Positions 25,846 to 34,062 of a stretch of DNA of 64,000 bases are shown one piece after another. Positions within the stretch are counted from its first letter, which is position 1. The number at the start of each line of letters is the position of its first letter. The stretch comes from Bacteroidales bacterium UBA3653 (GTDB lineage: Bacteria; Bacteroidota; Bacteroidia; Bacteroidales; Paludibacteraceae): contig DFKE01000016.1 in assembly GCA_002373505.1 (NCBI GenBank), positions 21,472 to 85,471 of the forward strand. The letters run 5' to 3'. Both the position numbers and the translations under genes were made by a program. The notes below the pieces were generated by a model that did not search any database, was not told the DNA's origin, and was given only the letters and a program-made list of their open reading frames with translations.

Positions 25846-26490
25846 ATGTTTTCAGGAATAGTAGAAACCATGGCTCAGGTCGTAAAGGTAGAGACCGAGC
25901 AAACGAATAAACATTTCACGCTCCGCAATCCTTTCGGCGAAGCGCTCAGTATTGACCAGTCCATCGCCCATAACGGCGTGTGCCTCACGGTCGTAAAGAC
26001 AAATGACCAAATGGTAAATGGCGAAATGGTAAATGTCTATACCGTTACCGCCATGCAGGAGACACTCCGGCTGACTAATCTGGATCTGCTCAAAGAGGGC
26101 GACTGGGTGAACGTAGAGCGGTCGATGATGATGGGCGGACGTCTGGACGGGCATATCGTACAGGGCCACGTGGACCAGAAAGCCGTTTGTATAGAAGCGA
26201 AAGAGACCGACGGCAGCTGGTATTACCGATTTGAGTACGACTCGAACAAAGAGATGGTAGAGCGCGGTTATTTCTGCGTGGACAAGGGATCGGTTTGTAT
26301 CAACGGTGTCAGTCTGACCGTCTGTGAACCGGATGTGAAGGGCGACAAAGGGTACGTGTCTGTTTGTATCATTCCTTACACCCACGAGGAAACGAACTTC
26401 AAATATATCAAGGTAGGAACGGTAGTGAATATCGAGTTTGACATCCTTGGCAAATACATCTCCCGCTATGCGGCGATACTGAATAAATGA
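25846..26490 (+). CDS. ribE: riboflavin synthase
   Basis: 214-aa ORF with MFSGIVE start and duplicated barrel halves (NGVCLTV / NGVSLTV). Confidence 0.85.
   Translation: MFSGIVETMAQVVKVETEQTNKHFTLRNPFGEALSIDQSIAHNGVCLTVVKTNDQMVNGEMVNVYTVTAMQETLRLTNLDLLKEGDWVNVERSMMMGGRLDGHIVQGHVDQKAVCIEAKETDGSWYYRFEYDSNKEMVERGYFCVDKGSVCINGVSLTVCEPDVKGDKGYVSVCIIPYTHEETNFKYIKVGTVVNIEFDILGKYISRYAAILNK
26000..26035 (+). repeat. family A, in-frame in ribE
   Basis: caaatgaccaaatggtaaatggcgaaatggtaaatg encodes NDQMVNGEMVN. Confidence 0.9.
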
Positions 26491-26519
26491 ACAAATTGTA
26501 AATGATTAAATAGTAAATG
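26482..26519 (+). repeat. family A array containing the ribE stop
   Basis: aataaatgaacaaattgtaaatgattaaatagtaaatg, with TGA at 26488. Confidence 0.9.
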
Positions 26520-26524
26520 TTTTT

Positions 26525-27109
26525 ATGGACAAAATCAGTTATGCATTAGGCCTTTCAATGGGTCAGAATCTGATGAGCAGCGGCGTAGAGAGCCTGAATT
26601 ATCAAGACTTGGCAGCCGGTATCGAAGACGTGCTCACCAAACAGCAGCCGAAGATCAGTTATCAAGAGGCTCAACAAGTATTAAACCAGTTCTTCCAGGA
26701 GTTGGAAGCCAAAGTAGCCGGCGCTGCGAAGGCTGAGGGCGAGAAATTCCTTGCCGAGAACGCCAAGCGCGAAGGTGTCAAAGTGACCGCCAGCGGTTTG
26801 CAGTACGAGATATTGGAGCCGTCGCTGGGTCAGAAGCCTAAAGCGACCGACACCGTGCGTGTTCATTATGAAGGAACACTGATTGACGGTACGGTCTTCG
26901 ATAGTTCCTATCGCCGCGGCGAGTCGATCACCTTCCCGCTGAACGGTGTGATCGCCGGATGGACGGAAGGACTACAGTTGATGTCTATCGGTTCGAAATA
27001 CAAATTCTTCATTCCGTACAATCTGGCATACGGCGAGCGCGGTGCAGGCCAGTCTATACCGCCATACGCAGCGCTGATCTTCACGGTAGAGTTACTGGGT
27101 ATCGAATAA
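26525..27109 (+). CDS. FKBP-type peptidyl-prolyl cis-trans isomerase
   Basis: 194-aa ORF with VHYEGTLIDGTVFDSS...FPLNGVIAGWTEGLQLM...LIFTVELL. Confidence 0.85.
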   Translation: MDKISYALGLSMGQNLMSSGVESLNYQDLAAGIEDVLTKQQPKISYQEAQQVLNQFFQELEAKVAGAAKAEGEKFLAENAKREGVKVTASGLQYEILEPSLGQKPKATDTVRVHYEGTLIDGTVFDSSYRRGESITFPLNGVIAGWTEGLQLMSIGSKYKFFIPYNLAYGERGAGQSIPPYAALIFTVELLGIE

Positions 27110-27131
27110 ACCGTTTCCCGTACTAGCAACT

Positions 27132-27160
27132 TACGAGACACATACGAGACACATACGGGA
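27132..27160. repeat. 11-nt-period array TACGAGACACA x2.5, upstream of the FKBP lipoprotein gene
   Basis: tacgagacacatacgagacacatacggga. Confidence 0.85.
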
Positions 27161-27223
27161 CGATAGATCCGACGGGATACCGTAATTTTTTAAAGTACAT
27201 AACACATAATAAAAAGACTACAA

Positions 27224-28471
27224 ATGAAAAAATTAAGTATTGTTTTGCTTGCCGCATTGGCAATGATCTCATGCGGCAACAGTTACAAGGCTCAAGACGC
27301 CGTACTGACCAACGAGACCGACTCTGTAAACCACGCATTGGGTGTATTGAACGGTCTGCAAATCAAGATGTACTACCTCGCTAACGACAGTAGCGACGAG
27401 GCAGTGGCAGAGTTTATCGACGCGCTCGAAAAAGCTTATTTGGACAAGGAAGAGAAGCTGAGTGATATCGAGAAGAATGCCCGTCAATTCGGTTCCTCTG
27501 TTAAATCATTCGAGAAAAAAGGTCTGGCAGAGAATGCGGCATGGACGCTGAATGAGAAGATATTCTTCCAGGGTCTGGTAAACGCCCTGTATGAAGACAC
27601 CACCGTTATGAAGATTAAGGATGCGGAGACCTTCCTGATGACGAAATATCAAGGCAAGCCGAGCACAGAAGAAGCCGGCAAAGCCATCCTCGGCAAATGC
27701 CCGAAGAGCAAGAAGGTCATTGAGTTGGAGAGCGAAATGGACTCGATCAACTATGCTTTCGGCTTGCTGAACGGAAATCAGATCCGCCCGTATATCCTTC
27801 AGGAGGATTCAACGGGCGAGGCGATTGATGAGTTTATCGACAATATCAACATCGGTCTGAAAGAGAAGGTCCGCAACCCGCAGGTGGTATCGGCAGCAAA
27901 GAATATCGGTACGGCTATTCGCGAGCAAGAGCCGGTAGGATTGCTGGGTATTGCCGGTCTGGAGACCAACTACGACCTGATCAAGCAAGGTTTCATCAAC
28001 GGTCTGTACAACTACACCGAGCAGTTTGACATGCAGACGGCTAATCATTATGTTGACTCCGTGATCTCCTCCAAGAAATACGGAGAGACGAAAGCCGAGG
28101 GCGAGAAATTCCTGCAGGAGAACGCCTTGCGCGAAGAAGTCAAAGTGACGGAAAGCGGATTGCAATACGAGGTGCTTGTACAAGGCAAAGGTCCTAAACC
28201 GACTGCAGAACAGACTGTCAAGGTACATTACGAAGGTACATTGGTTGACGGTACCGTTTTCGACAGCAGCTACCAGCGCGGCGAACCGATCGAGTTCCCG
28301 CTGAACGGCGTGATCAAAGGCTGGACGGAAGGATTGCAGTTGATGCCGAAGGGTTCCAAGTACAAACTGTACATCCCTTATGAGTTAGGCTACGGCGAGC
28401 GCGGTGCAGGTCAGTCTATACCGCCCTACTCTACCTTGATCTTCACGGTTGAGTTGCTGGACATCAAATGA
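27224..28471 (+). CDS. FKBP-type peptidyl-prolyl isomerase lipoprotein with duplicated N-terminal domain
   Basis: 415-aa ORF with lipobox MISCG. Two FKBP_N-like halves, then VHYEGTLVDGTVFDSS...LIFTVELL. Confidence 0.8.
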   Translation: MKKLSIVLLAALAMISCGNSYKAQDAVLTNETDSVNHALGVLNGLQIKMYYLANDSSDEAVAEFIDALEKAYLDKEEKLSDIEKNARQFGSSVKSFEKKGLAENAAWTLNEKIFFQGLVNALYEDTTVMKIKDAETFLMTKYQGKPSTEEAGKAILGKCPKSKKVIELESEMDSINYAFGLLNGNQIRPYILQEDSTGEAIDEFIDNINIGLKEKVRNPQVVSAAKNIGTAIREQEPVGLLGIAGLETNYDLIKQGFINGLYNYTEQFDMQTANHYVDSVISSKKYGETKAEGEKFLQENALREEVKVTESGLQYEVLVQGKGPKPTAEQTVKVHYEGTLVDGTVFDSSYQRGEPIEFPLNGVIKGWTEGLQLMPKGSKYKLYIPYELGYGERGAGQSIPPYSTLIFTVELLDIK

Positions 28472-28500
28472 TCAAATGGTAAATGACTAAATTGTAAATT
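28463..28500 (+). repeat. family A array containing the FKBP stop
   Basis: atcaaatgatcaaatggtaaatgactaaattgtaaatt, with TGA at 28469. Confidence 0.9.
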
Positions 28501-28503
28501 ACC

Positions 28504-30003
28504 TTGGGCGTCATCGCTAAACAATCTATCCGTGGCACGATAGTGACCTATCTGGGCATTGCCGTAGGCATCGTCACCACGTTCTTCGTGTTAACCCGTT
28601 TCCTCACGACCGAGGAAATCGGGTTAGCGCGGGTGCTTATTGATGCCGCTACATTGTTTATCGGTCTGGCGCAGTTGGGCACTAACGCCAGCATCATCCG
28701 TTTCTACCCGTATTTCAAAGAGAAAGAGAGCGACGAGGACCACGGTTTCTTCTTCTGGGCCCTCGTTGTTCCGTTTATCGGATTTGTGCTTTTCGCTGCT
28801 CTGTACTGGGCATGCCGTGTGCCGATAGAGACGTGGTTTGGAGACAAATCGCCGATGTTTGTGGACTACTATTATTTCGTGCTGCCGCTGGCTTTCTTTA
28901 TGCTCTATCAGACGATATGCGAGAGTACATGCAATGTGCTGATGCATATTGTGGTACCGAGGGCGGTGCGCGAGCTGGTGGTACGGGTAGGGATGTTAGC
29001 CATCTATCTGCTATACGCTTTCCGGGTTGTATCCATGGACGGGTTGGTGATCGGGATATGTCTCAACTACGCGATAGCGGCCATGATCAATTTATGTTAT
29101 TTTATCTCGCTCCGACATATCCGTCTTCGTCCGGACCGGCAATTCCTCCGCGCGAACGGGGGCCTCGTACGCCGCTATCTGACATACACAGGGTTCTTGA
29201 TCCTGTCCGCTATCACTTCGGTTCTGGCACCTACCCTCTCTTCTTTCTTCGTGACCGCCAAGATGGGTCTGGACAGCACGGGTATATTTGCGATAGCCAC
29301 GTATATGGCGGTAATGGTAAGCGTTCCCAACCGTTCTGTCTCGGCTATCGCCTCACCTCAGTTGTCGCGCGCGATCAAAGAACAGAATAGGGAGGAATGC
29401 TCGTTCCTTATCCGCCAGGTGACGAGAAACATGTTGCTCATCGGCGGATTTATCCTGCTCGCCATATGGGTGAATATAGATCTTATCTTCCATATTCTGC
29501 CTAACGGTGCCACTTTCGCTACGGCGAAGAACGTGGTGCTTATCTTAGGCGTAAGCCAATTGGTTTTGGCTACGTTTACTATCTGTCTGACGGCGCTGAA
29601 CTATAGCCGTTATTACGCTCTCAGTCTGGTATTGTCGCTTATCCTGACGGTCAGCGCCATATTCCTGAATAATTACCTTGTACCACTCTACGGCATGGAG
29701 GGCGCAGCGCTCAGCAACCTGTTGTCTTACGGTCTGTATTATATACTGATTATTGCTACGGTCGTGCCGTTGGGACATTTCCACGTAGTGGACCGCAAGT
29801 GGTGGTATATCCTGCTGTTGCTGATTGTTATTTTTGCGCTCAATGTGTTGTGGCAGTATTGTTTGCCGGAAATGAATATATGGGCGGACAGTATTCTCCG
29901 CAGCGCGGTGCTTCTGGGCAGCGGAGTATGGATAGCCTACAAGGCTGAGTTGTCGCCGGAGATAAACCAGCAAATAGCAAACACATTACACATTAAACAT
30001 TAA
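28504..30003 (+). CDS. oligosaccharide flippase family protein (MOP superfamily)
   Basis: 499-aa polytopic ORF with TTG start. Confidence 0.65.
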   Translation: MGVIAKQSIRGTIVTYLGIAVGIVTTFFVLTRFLTTEEIGLARVLIDAATLFIGLAQLGTNASIIRFYPYFKEKESDEDHGFFFWALVVPFIGFVLFAALYWACRVPIETWFGDKSPMFVDYYYFVLPLAFFMLYQTICESTCNVLMHIVVPRAVRELVVRVGMLAIYLLYAFRVVSMDGLVIGICLNYAIAAMINLCYFISLRHIRLRPDRQFLRANGGLVRRYLTYTGFLILSAITSVLAPTLSSFFVTAKMGLDSTGIFAIATYMAVMVSVPNRSVSAIASPQLSRAIKEQNREECSFLIRQVTRNMLLIGGFILLAIWVNIDLIFHILPNGATFATAKNVVLILGVSQLVLATFTICLTALNYSRYYALSLVLSLILTVSAIFLNNYLVPLYGMEGAALSNLLSYGLYYILIIATVVPLGHFHVVDRKWWYILLLLIVIFALNVLWQYCLPEMNIWADSILRSAVLLGSGVWIAYKAELSPEINQQIANTLHIKH

Positions 30004-30007
30004 TCAT
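29979..30007. repeat. heptamer array ACATTA(C/A) x3-4 containing the flippase stop
   Basis: aaacacattacacattaaacattaatcat, with TAA at 30001. The truA ATG is at 30011. Confidence 0.85.
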
Positions 30008-30010
30008 CCA

Positions 30011-30808
30011 ATGCGCTATTTTATAGAGTTTGCATATGACGGCACGGATTTCCACGGATCGCAGACGCAGCCGAATGGAAACACGGTACAGGCGGAGATG
30101 GAAGCTGCTTTCGCTACTATCCTGCGCGAGCCGGTGGCGTTGACTTTTGCCGGCAGGACCGATGCAGGAGTGCATGCAGAGAAGATGGTGGCGCATTTTG
30201 ACGTAGCGAAAGCATTGCCGGTTAATTTTGCCGGACGGCTGAATAACCTGCTGCCCCGCTCCATTGCCATCAGCGGTTTACAGCGCGTTCAGGACGATGC
30301 GCATGCCCGTTTTGACGCGCAGGAGCGCAGCTATTATTACCGTATCACAACCCGCAAGGACCCCTTCCTGCATGTCAACCATACCCGTGTAGCCGCCGGT
30401 CTGGATTTTGAGGCGATGAACAAAGCGGCAAAGAGGATGATCGGGAAGCAGGATTTTGCTTCTTTCTGCCGCACTCACACGGATGTAAAGACCACTATCT
30501 GCGATGTACGCCAAGCAGAATGGGTTCAAGAGAGCGGGACGGAATGGAGGTTTGTCATTACCGCCGACCGGTTCTTGCGGAACATGGTCCGCGCGGTGGT
30601 AGGTACTCTCTTTGAAGTAGGCAAAGGCAAGATGACGGAAGAACAATTCGCCCAAGTCATTGCCGCTCACGACCGATGCAAAGCCGGTCATTCGGCACCC
30701 GCCGAGGGATTGACATTAGTAGAAATCATTTATCCACACAATATATATATCTATGAAACACCTATTGTCTCTTTTGCTGCTTGCCGCAGCAGTTTTAGGC
30801 GCATGTAG
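30011..30808 (+). CDS. truA: tRNA pseudouridine(38-40) synthase
   Basis: 265-aa ORF with RYFIEFAYDGTDFHGSQTQPN and GRTDAGVHA catalytic Asp motif. The 3' end overlaps the next gene. Confidence 0.9.
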   Translation: MRYFIEFAYDGTDFHGSQTQPNGNTVQAEMEAAFATILREPVALTFAGRTDAGVHAEKMVAHFDVAKALPVNFAGRLNNLLPRSIAISGLQRVQDDAHARFDAQERSYYYRITTRKDPFLHVNHTRVAAGLDFEAMNKAAKRMIGKQDFASFCRTHTDVKTTICDVRQAEWVQESGTEWRFVITADRFLRNMVRAVVGTLFEVGKGKMTEEQFAQVIAAHDRCKAGHSAPAEGLTLVEIIYPHNIYIYETPIVSFAACRSSFRRM

Positions 30809-32306
30809 TTCTGCGCCGCAGTATCAAACAACCAGGCAGCGCGACATTGACGCTTTAACCAAAGCGGCATCATTCGAGATGCCGAAAGTGAAAGTACCTT
30901 CTTTCCCGGACAGGACATATAATGTACTGGACTACGGAGCAGATCCTACGGGCGCAGCTTTAGCCACCGAGGCGATCCAGAAAGCCATCGACGAATGTAC
31001 GGAGGCAGGAGGCGGTACGGTAATTATCCCAGCAGGTATCTACACGACGGCACCGCTCACGCTCAAATCCAATGTACGTCTGTACACGGAGAAGAATAGT
31101 TTTATCATCTTCAGCCACGATCTGGACCTGTATGATATCTATGACGAGTGGTTCGAGGGCATTCCCACCAAGCGCTGCACCAGTCCGCTTAATGCACGCG
31201 GCGCGGAAAATATCGCCATCACCGGTCATGGTACCTTCAACGGAAACGGCGACTGGTGGCGTCCGCTGAAGAAGAGCAAGATGGCTCCCGGACAATGGAA
31301 GAAACACCTGCAGGAGAAAGGCGGCGTAGTGACCGAGAAAGATATCTGGTATCCGGACAGCGCTTCTATCCTGGCGCAGAGTTACTGCGTGGACCAGAAC
31401 GTGCCTGTCATCACCGACGACAGCCTCTGGCAGGTAGTCAAATCGTTCCTCCGTCCGGTAATGCTGCATTTCGTAGATTGCAAAGGCATCCTGCTGGAAG
31501 GCGTTACGTTTGAGAACAGCCCGGCATGGAACCTCCACCCGATGTGCTGCGAGAACCTGATTCTGCGCGATCTCAATGTCCGCAACCCGTGGTACAGCCA
31601 GAACGGCGATGGCGTGGATGTAGAGAGTTGCAAGAATGTTGTTATTTCTCATTGCTCGTTCGACGTAGGCGACGATGCTATCTGCATGAAGTCCGGTAAG
31701 GACAAACCCGGCCGCGACAGAGGTATCCCGACGGAGAATGTAGTAGTGGACGACTGTGTCGTTTACCACGGTCACGGCGGTTTCGTATGCGGCAGTGAGA
31801 TGTCCGGAGGCATCAAGAATGTACAGGTAAGCAACAACCTCTATATCGGTACCGATGTAGGTCTGCGTTTCAAGAGCACCCGCGGCCGCGGCGGCGTGGT
31901 AGAGAATATCTATATCCGCGACGTCAATATGGCAAATATCCCGAACGAAGGTCTTCTGTTTGACCTCTTCTACGGCGGCAAAGGAGCCGGAGAAGAGACC
32001 GAAGAGGAACTGGCAGCCCGCATGAATGCAGAGGCTCCGGAAGCAAGCGAAGAGACACCTGCGTTCAAGAATATCGTGATTGAGAACGTAACGGGTAAAA
32101 ACATCAAACGCGCCATTTATTTCAACGGTCTGCCGGAGATGAAGATCCAGAATGTAACGCTGCGCAATATCACGATGAGCGCCACCGAGGGTGCACTCTT
32201 CCGCCAGACGAACGGACTGGTCATCGACAATGTGAATATCCAAGCTCAGAAAGGCGAAGCGTTCTCGCTTGCACCGACAGTAGAGAATGTCACGATTAAC
32301 AAATAA
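30753..32306 (+). CDS. glycoside hydrolase family 28 (polygalacturonase-like)
   Basis: 517-aa ORF with a signal peptide and GH28 blocks NGDGVD, GDDAICMKSG, GHGG, RFKS. Confidence 0.85.
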   Translation: MKHLLSLLLLAAAVLGACSSAPQYQTTRQRDIDALTKAASFEMPKVKVPSFPDRTYNVLDYGADPTGAALATEAIQKAIDECTEAGGGTVIIPAGIYTTAPLTLKSNVRLYTEKNSFIIFSHDLDLYDIYDEWFEGIPTKRCTSPLNARGAENIAITGHGTFNGNGDWWRPLKKSKMAPGQWKKHLQEKGGVVTEKDIWYPDSASILAQSYCVDQNVPVITDDSLWQVVKSFLRPVMLHFVDCKGILLEGVTFENSPAWNLHPMCCENLILRDLNVRNPWYSQNGDGVDVESCKNVVISHCSFDVGDDAICMKSGKDKPGRDRGIPTENVVVDDCVVYHGHGGFVCGSEMSGGIKNVQVSNNLYIGTDVGLRFKSTRGRGGVVENIYIRDVNMANIPNEGLLFDLFYGGKGAGEETEEELAARMNAEAPEASEETPAFKNIVIENVTGKNIKRAIYFNGLPEMKIQNVTLRNITMSATEGALFRQTNGLVIDNVNIQAQKGEAFSLAPTVENVTINK

Positions 32307-33381
32307 TAGTCAAAAGTCAAAAGTCGAAAGCCGAAAGACTCTTTCTTCTTTGAGCGTTAGCGGTCTTTTTACTTTGAACGTAGTGGTCTTACTACTCGCG
32401 GGGTGCGCCCCGCGGGTAGCTACTTCTTTTTGGAAGATCGGCACACCCGCCGACTCCGTCAAGGAAGGGTATAAAGTTATTTATGCCGAAGGCAAGACGC
32501 GCCATTGCTATCCTATTACGGAATGGGTCTCTACCGATGAGAAGGAAGACGTCTATCATTCGCTGCACCATCACGGCGTGGCGGCAGAAAGCGAGCAGAT
32601 GGCGTACCGCATCTATTTTGATAAGAAACAAACTATTGATCCGTATTGCAAACGCACGCCGCAGTTGGAATTGGCGCAGAGTTACTGGTACCCCAATGAC
32701 AGTCTTTTGGAGGCGGGCTACGGCGATGACATTCTTCGCGTGAGCGGAACAGTAGGCGTAGGTTCTGTCAAGTATTGGAACGGCAAGAAACAGGTTCATA
32801 TCGAGCCTGTAGCCGAGCGCAGCGAACGGATTGTGAGCTCCCAAAAGGAGAAGGCTGCCGTTGAGATAGCCGTTAAAGGATGGCAAGTGCCAACAGCAAA
32901 GCGGTCTTACAGCGACAGCGGTCAGTGTATTGACCTTAATGTCCGCTATACGATGAAAGCCGGTCACCGCGATATGCGGTGCGATGTAGTCTGTTCCGAG
33001 CCGATAGAAGGACTCTGTACCGGCGTGCAGACCATTCCGGCCAAAGGAGGCAAAGATACGGTATCTATTATTCTTCCGAACGGCGTTCTGCTGGCTTCAT
33101 GGGGCACGGACTGGCCGGTCAACGACAGCGCCAAGTACGCCAAAGAGACCGTCGGTCTGGGTGTCTTTATTCCCAAAGAGTTCGCAGGAGATTTGGTTCA
33201 CGACAAGCAGAATAACTTGTGCATATTAAATTCACAAATCACAAATCACAAATCACAAATGTGCGCGACCGCACACTTCTACCTTACCTGCTGCGGAGCC
33301 ACAAAAGAAAACCACCCCGTGGCAAAGACTGCCGAAGAGTGGATTGCTTATTTAAAGAAGTGGGTAAAAGGGCTCAAATAG
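32287..33381 (+). CDS. DUF4861-like lipoprotein (pectin-utilisation context)
   Basis: 364-aa ORF with lipobox LLLAGC. The family call is from memory of DUF4861 neighbours of GH28 genes and is weak. The n-region is encoded by a word array. Confidence 0.55.
   Translation: MSRLTNNSQKSKVESRKTLSSLSVSGLFTLNVVVLLLAGCAPRVATSFWKIGTPADSVKEGYKVIYAEGKTRHCYPITEWVSTDEKEDVYHSLHHHGVAAESEQMAYRIYFDKKQTIDPYCKRTPQLELAQSYWYPNDSLLEAGYGDDILRVSGTVGVGSVKYWNGKKQVHIEPVAERSERIVSSQKEKAAVEIAVKGWQVPTAKRSYSDSGQCIDLNVRYTMKAGHRDMRCDVVCSEPIEGLCTGVQTIPAKGGKDTVSIILPNGVLLASWGTDWPVNDSAKYAKETVGLGVFIPKEFAGDLVHDKQNNLCILNSQITNHKSQMCATAHFYLTCCGATKENHPVAKTAEEWIAYLKKWVKGLK
32308..32339 (+). repeat. GTC(A/G)AAAG family array after the GH28 stop; encodes the n-region of the next gene's signal peptide
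   Basis: agtcaaaagtcaaaagtcgaaagccgaaagac encodes SQKSKVESRK in the DUF4861-like ORF. Confidence 0.9.
33225..33263. repeat. heptamer array CACAAAT x4, in-frame in the DUF4861-like gene
   Basis: attaaattcacaaatcacaaatcacaaatcacaaatgtg encodes LNSQITNHKSQM. Confidence 0.9.
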
Positions 33382-33389
33382 CACTCATT

Positions 33390-33416
33390 CTCGTTACCAT
33401 CTCGTTACCATTACGG
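33390..33416. repeat. 11-nt-period repeat CTCGTTACCAT x2.5, between convergent genes
   Basis: ctcgttaccatctcgttaccattacgg. Confidence 0.85.
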
Positions 33417-33419
33417 ACG

Positions 33420-34022
33420 TCACTGTACAGTTGATGTCCGTTTTTTGTATGCCCCGTACGCCACAGCCAAAGCGGTCATGAAGAGCGCAGCCGCCCAGTT
33501 AAAATCAAGAGGACACCAGCAATAGCCGGATTCTTCTTCACACGTACAATCGTTATCTCTCAATGTTGCTCCGCAGCTGGAGCAAACCCACTCATGCATA
33601 CCCGGACCATAATAATTCTCTATGTATTCCCAATGGCAATGCTCGCATACTTCCGGATGTCCGGGTATAGTATTTTTCCGCCTTCCGGAAACTTTATTTG
33701 ATGAGTGTGTTTCGCAAGTTGTTATTCCTCCCTGAACAGCAGAAGCGGCAGTATAGATACCTCTTACCTGCGTGTTATTAGAAGAGGTTTCTATAGTTCC
33801 TGCGTAGGAAGGCATATACTGCGTTCCATAGGAACTGGTAGAACTCATCGCAGCTACCGGTGCTTGCGCCATGACAGCACGAGTTCCCATAGAAGAACGC
33901 ATCGGGGCAGAGGTATGGATATACCCGTTGCGCCCTGCGCCTTTATAAGGAGAAGCATAACTTAGCGCGGAAGCACTAAGGGTGCATACTATTCCTACTA
34001 ATATCAATAATACCTTTTTCAA
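33420..34022 (-). CDS. hypothetical Cys-rich protein with signal peptide and C-terminal TM anchor
   Basis: 200-aa ORF lying 41 nt downstream of the 1788-aa gene. CEHCH...CSSCG...CTC...CWC cluster. C-terminal AAALFMTALAVAYGAY-KKR. Confidence 0.5.
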   Translation of the reverse strand: MKKVLLILVGIVCTLSASALSYASPYKGAGRNGYIHTSAPMRSSMGTRAVMAQAPVAAMSSTSSYGTQYMPSYAGTIETSSNNTQVRGIYTAASAVQGGITTCETHSSNKVSGRRKNTIPGHPEVCEHCHWEYIENYYGPGMHEWVCSSCGATLRDNDCTCEEESGYCWCPLDFNWAAALFMTALAVAYGAYKKRTSTVQ

Positions 34023-34062
34023 AACTAATACCCAATTTGTATGCCCTTGTCACAAGGGGAAA

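Noticed and set aside
740-33263. Heptamer arrays as slipped-strand phase-variation (contingency) switches.
   Set aside because: The hosts include presumably essential single-copy enzymes (dxs, dapB, coaE, ribE). The units are degenerate rather than perfect, which suppresses slippage. An ON/OFF switch in these genes would be lethal.
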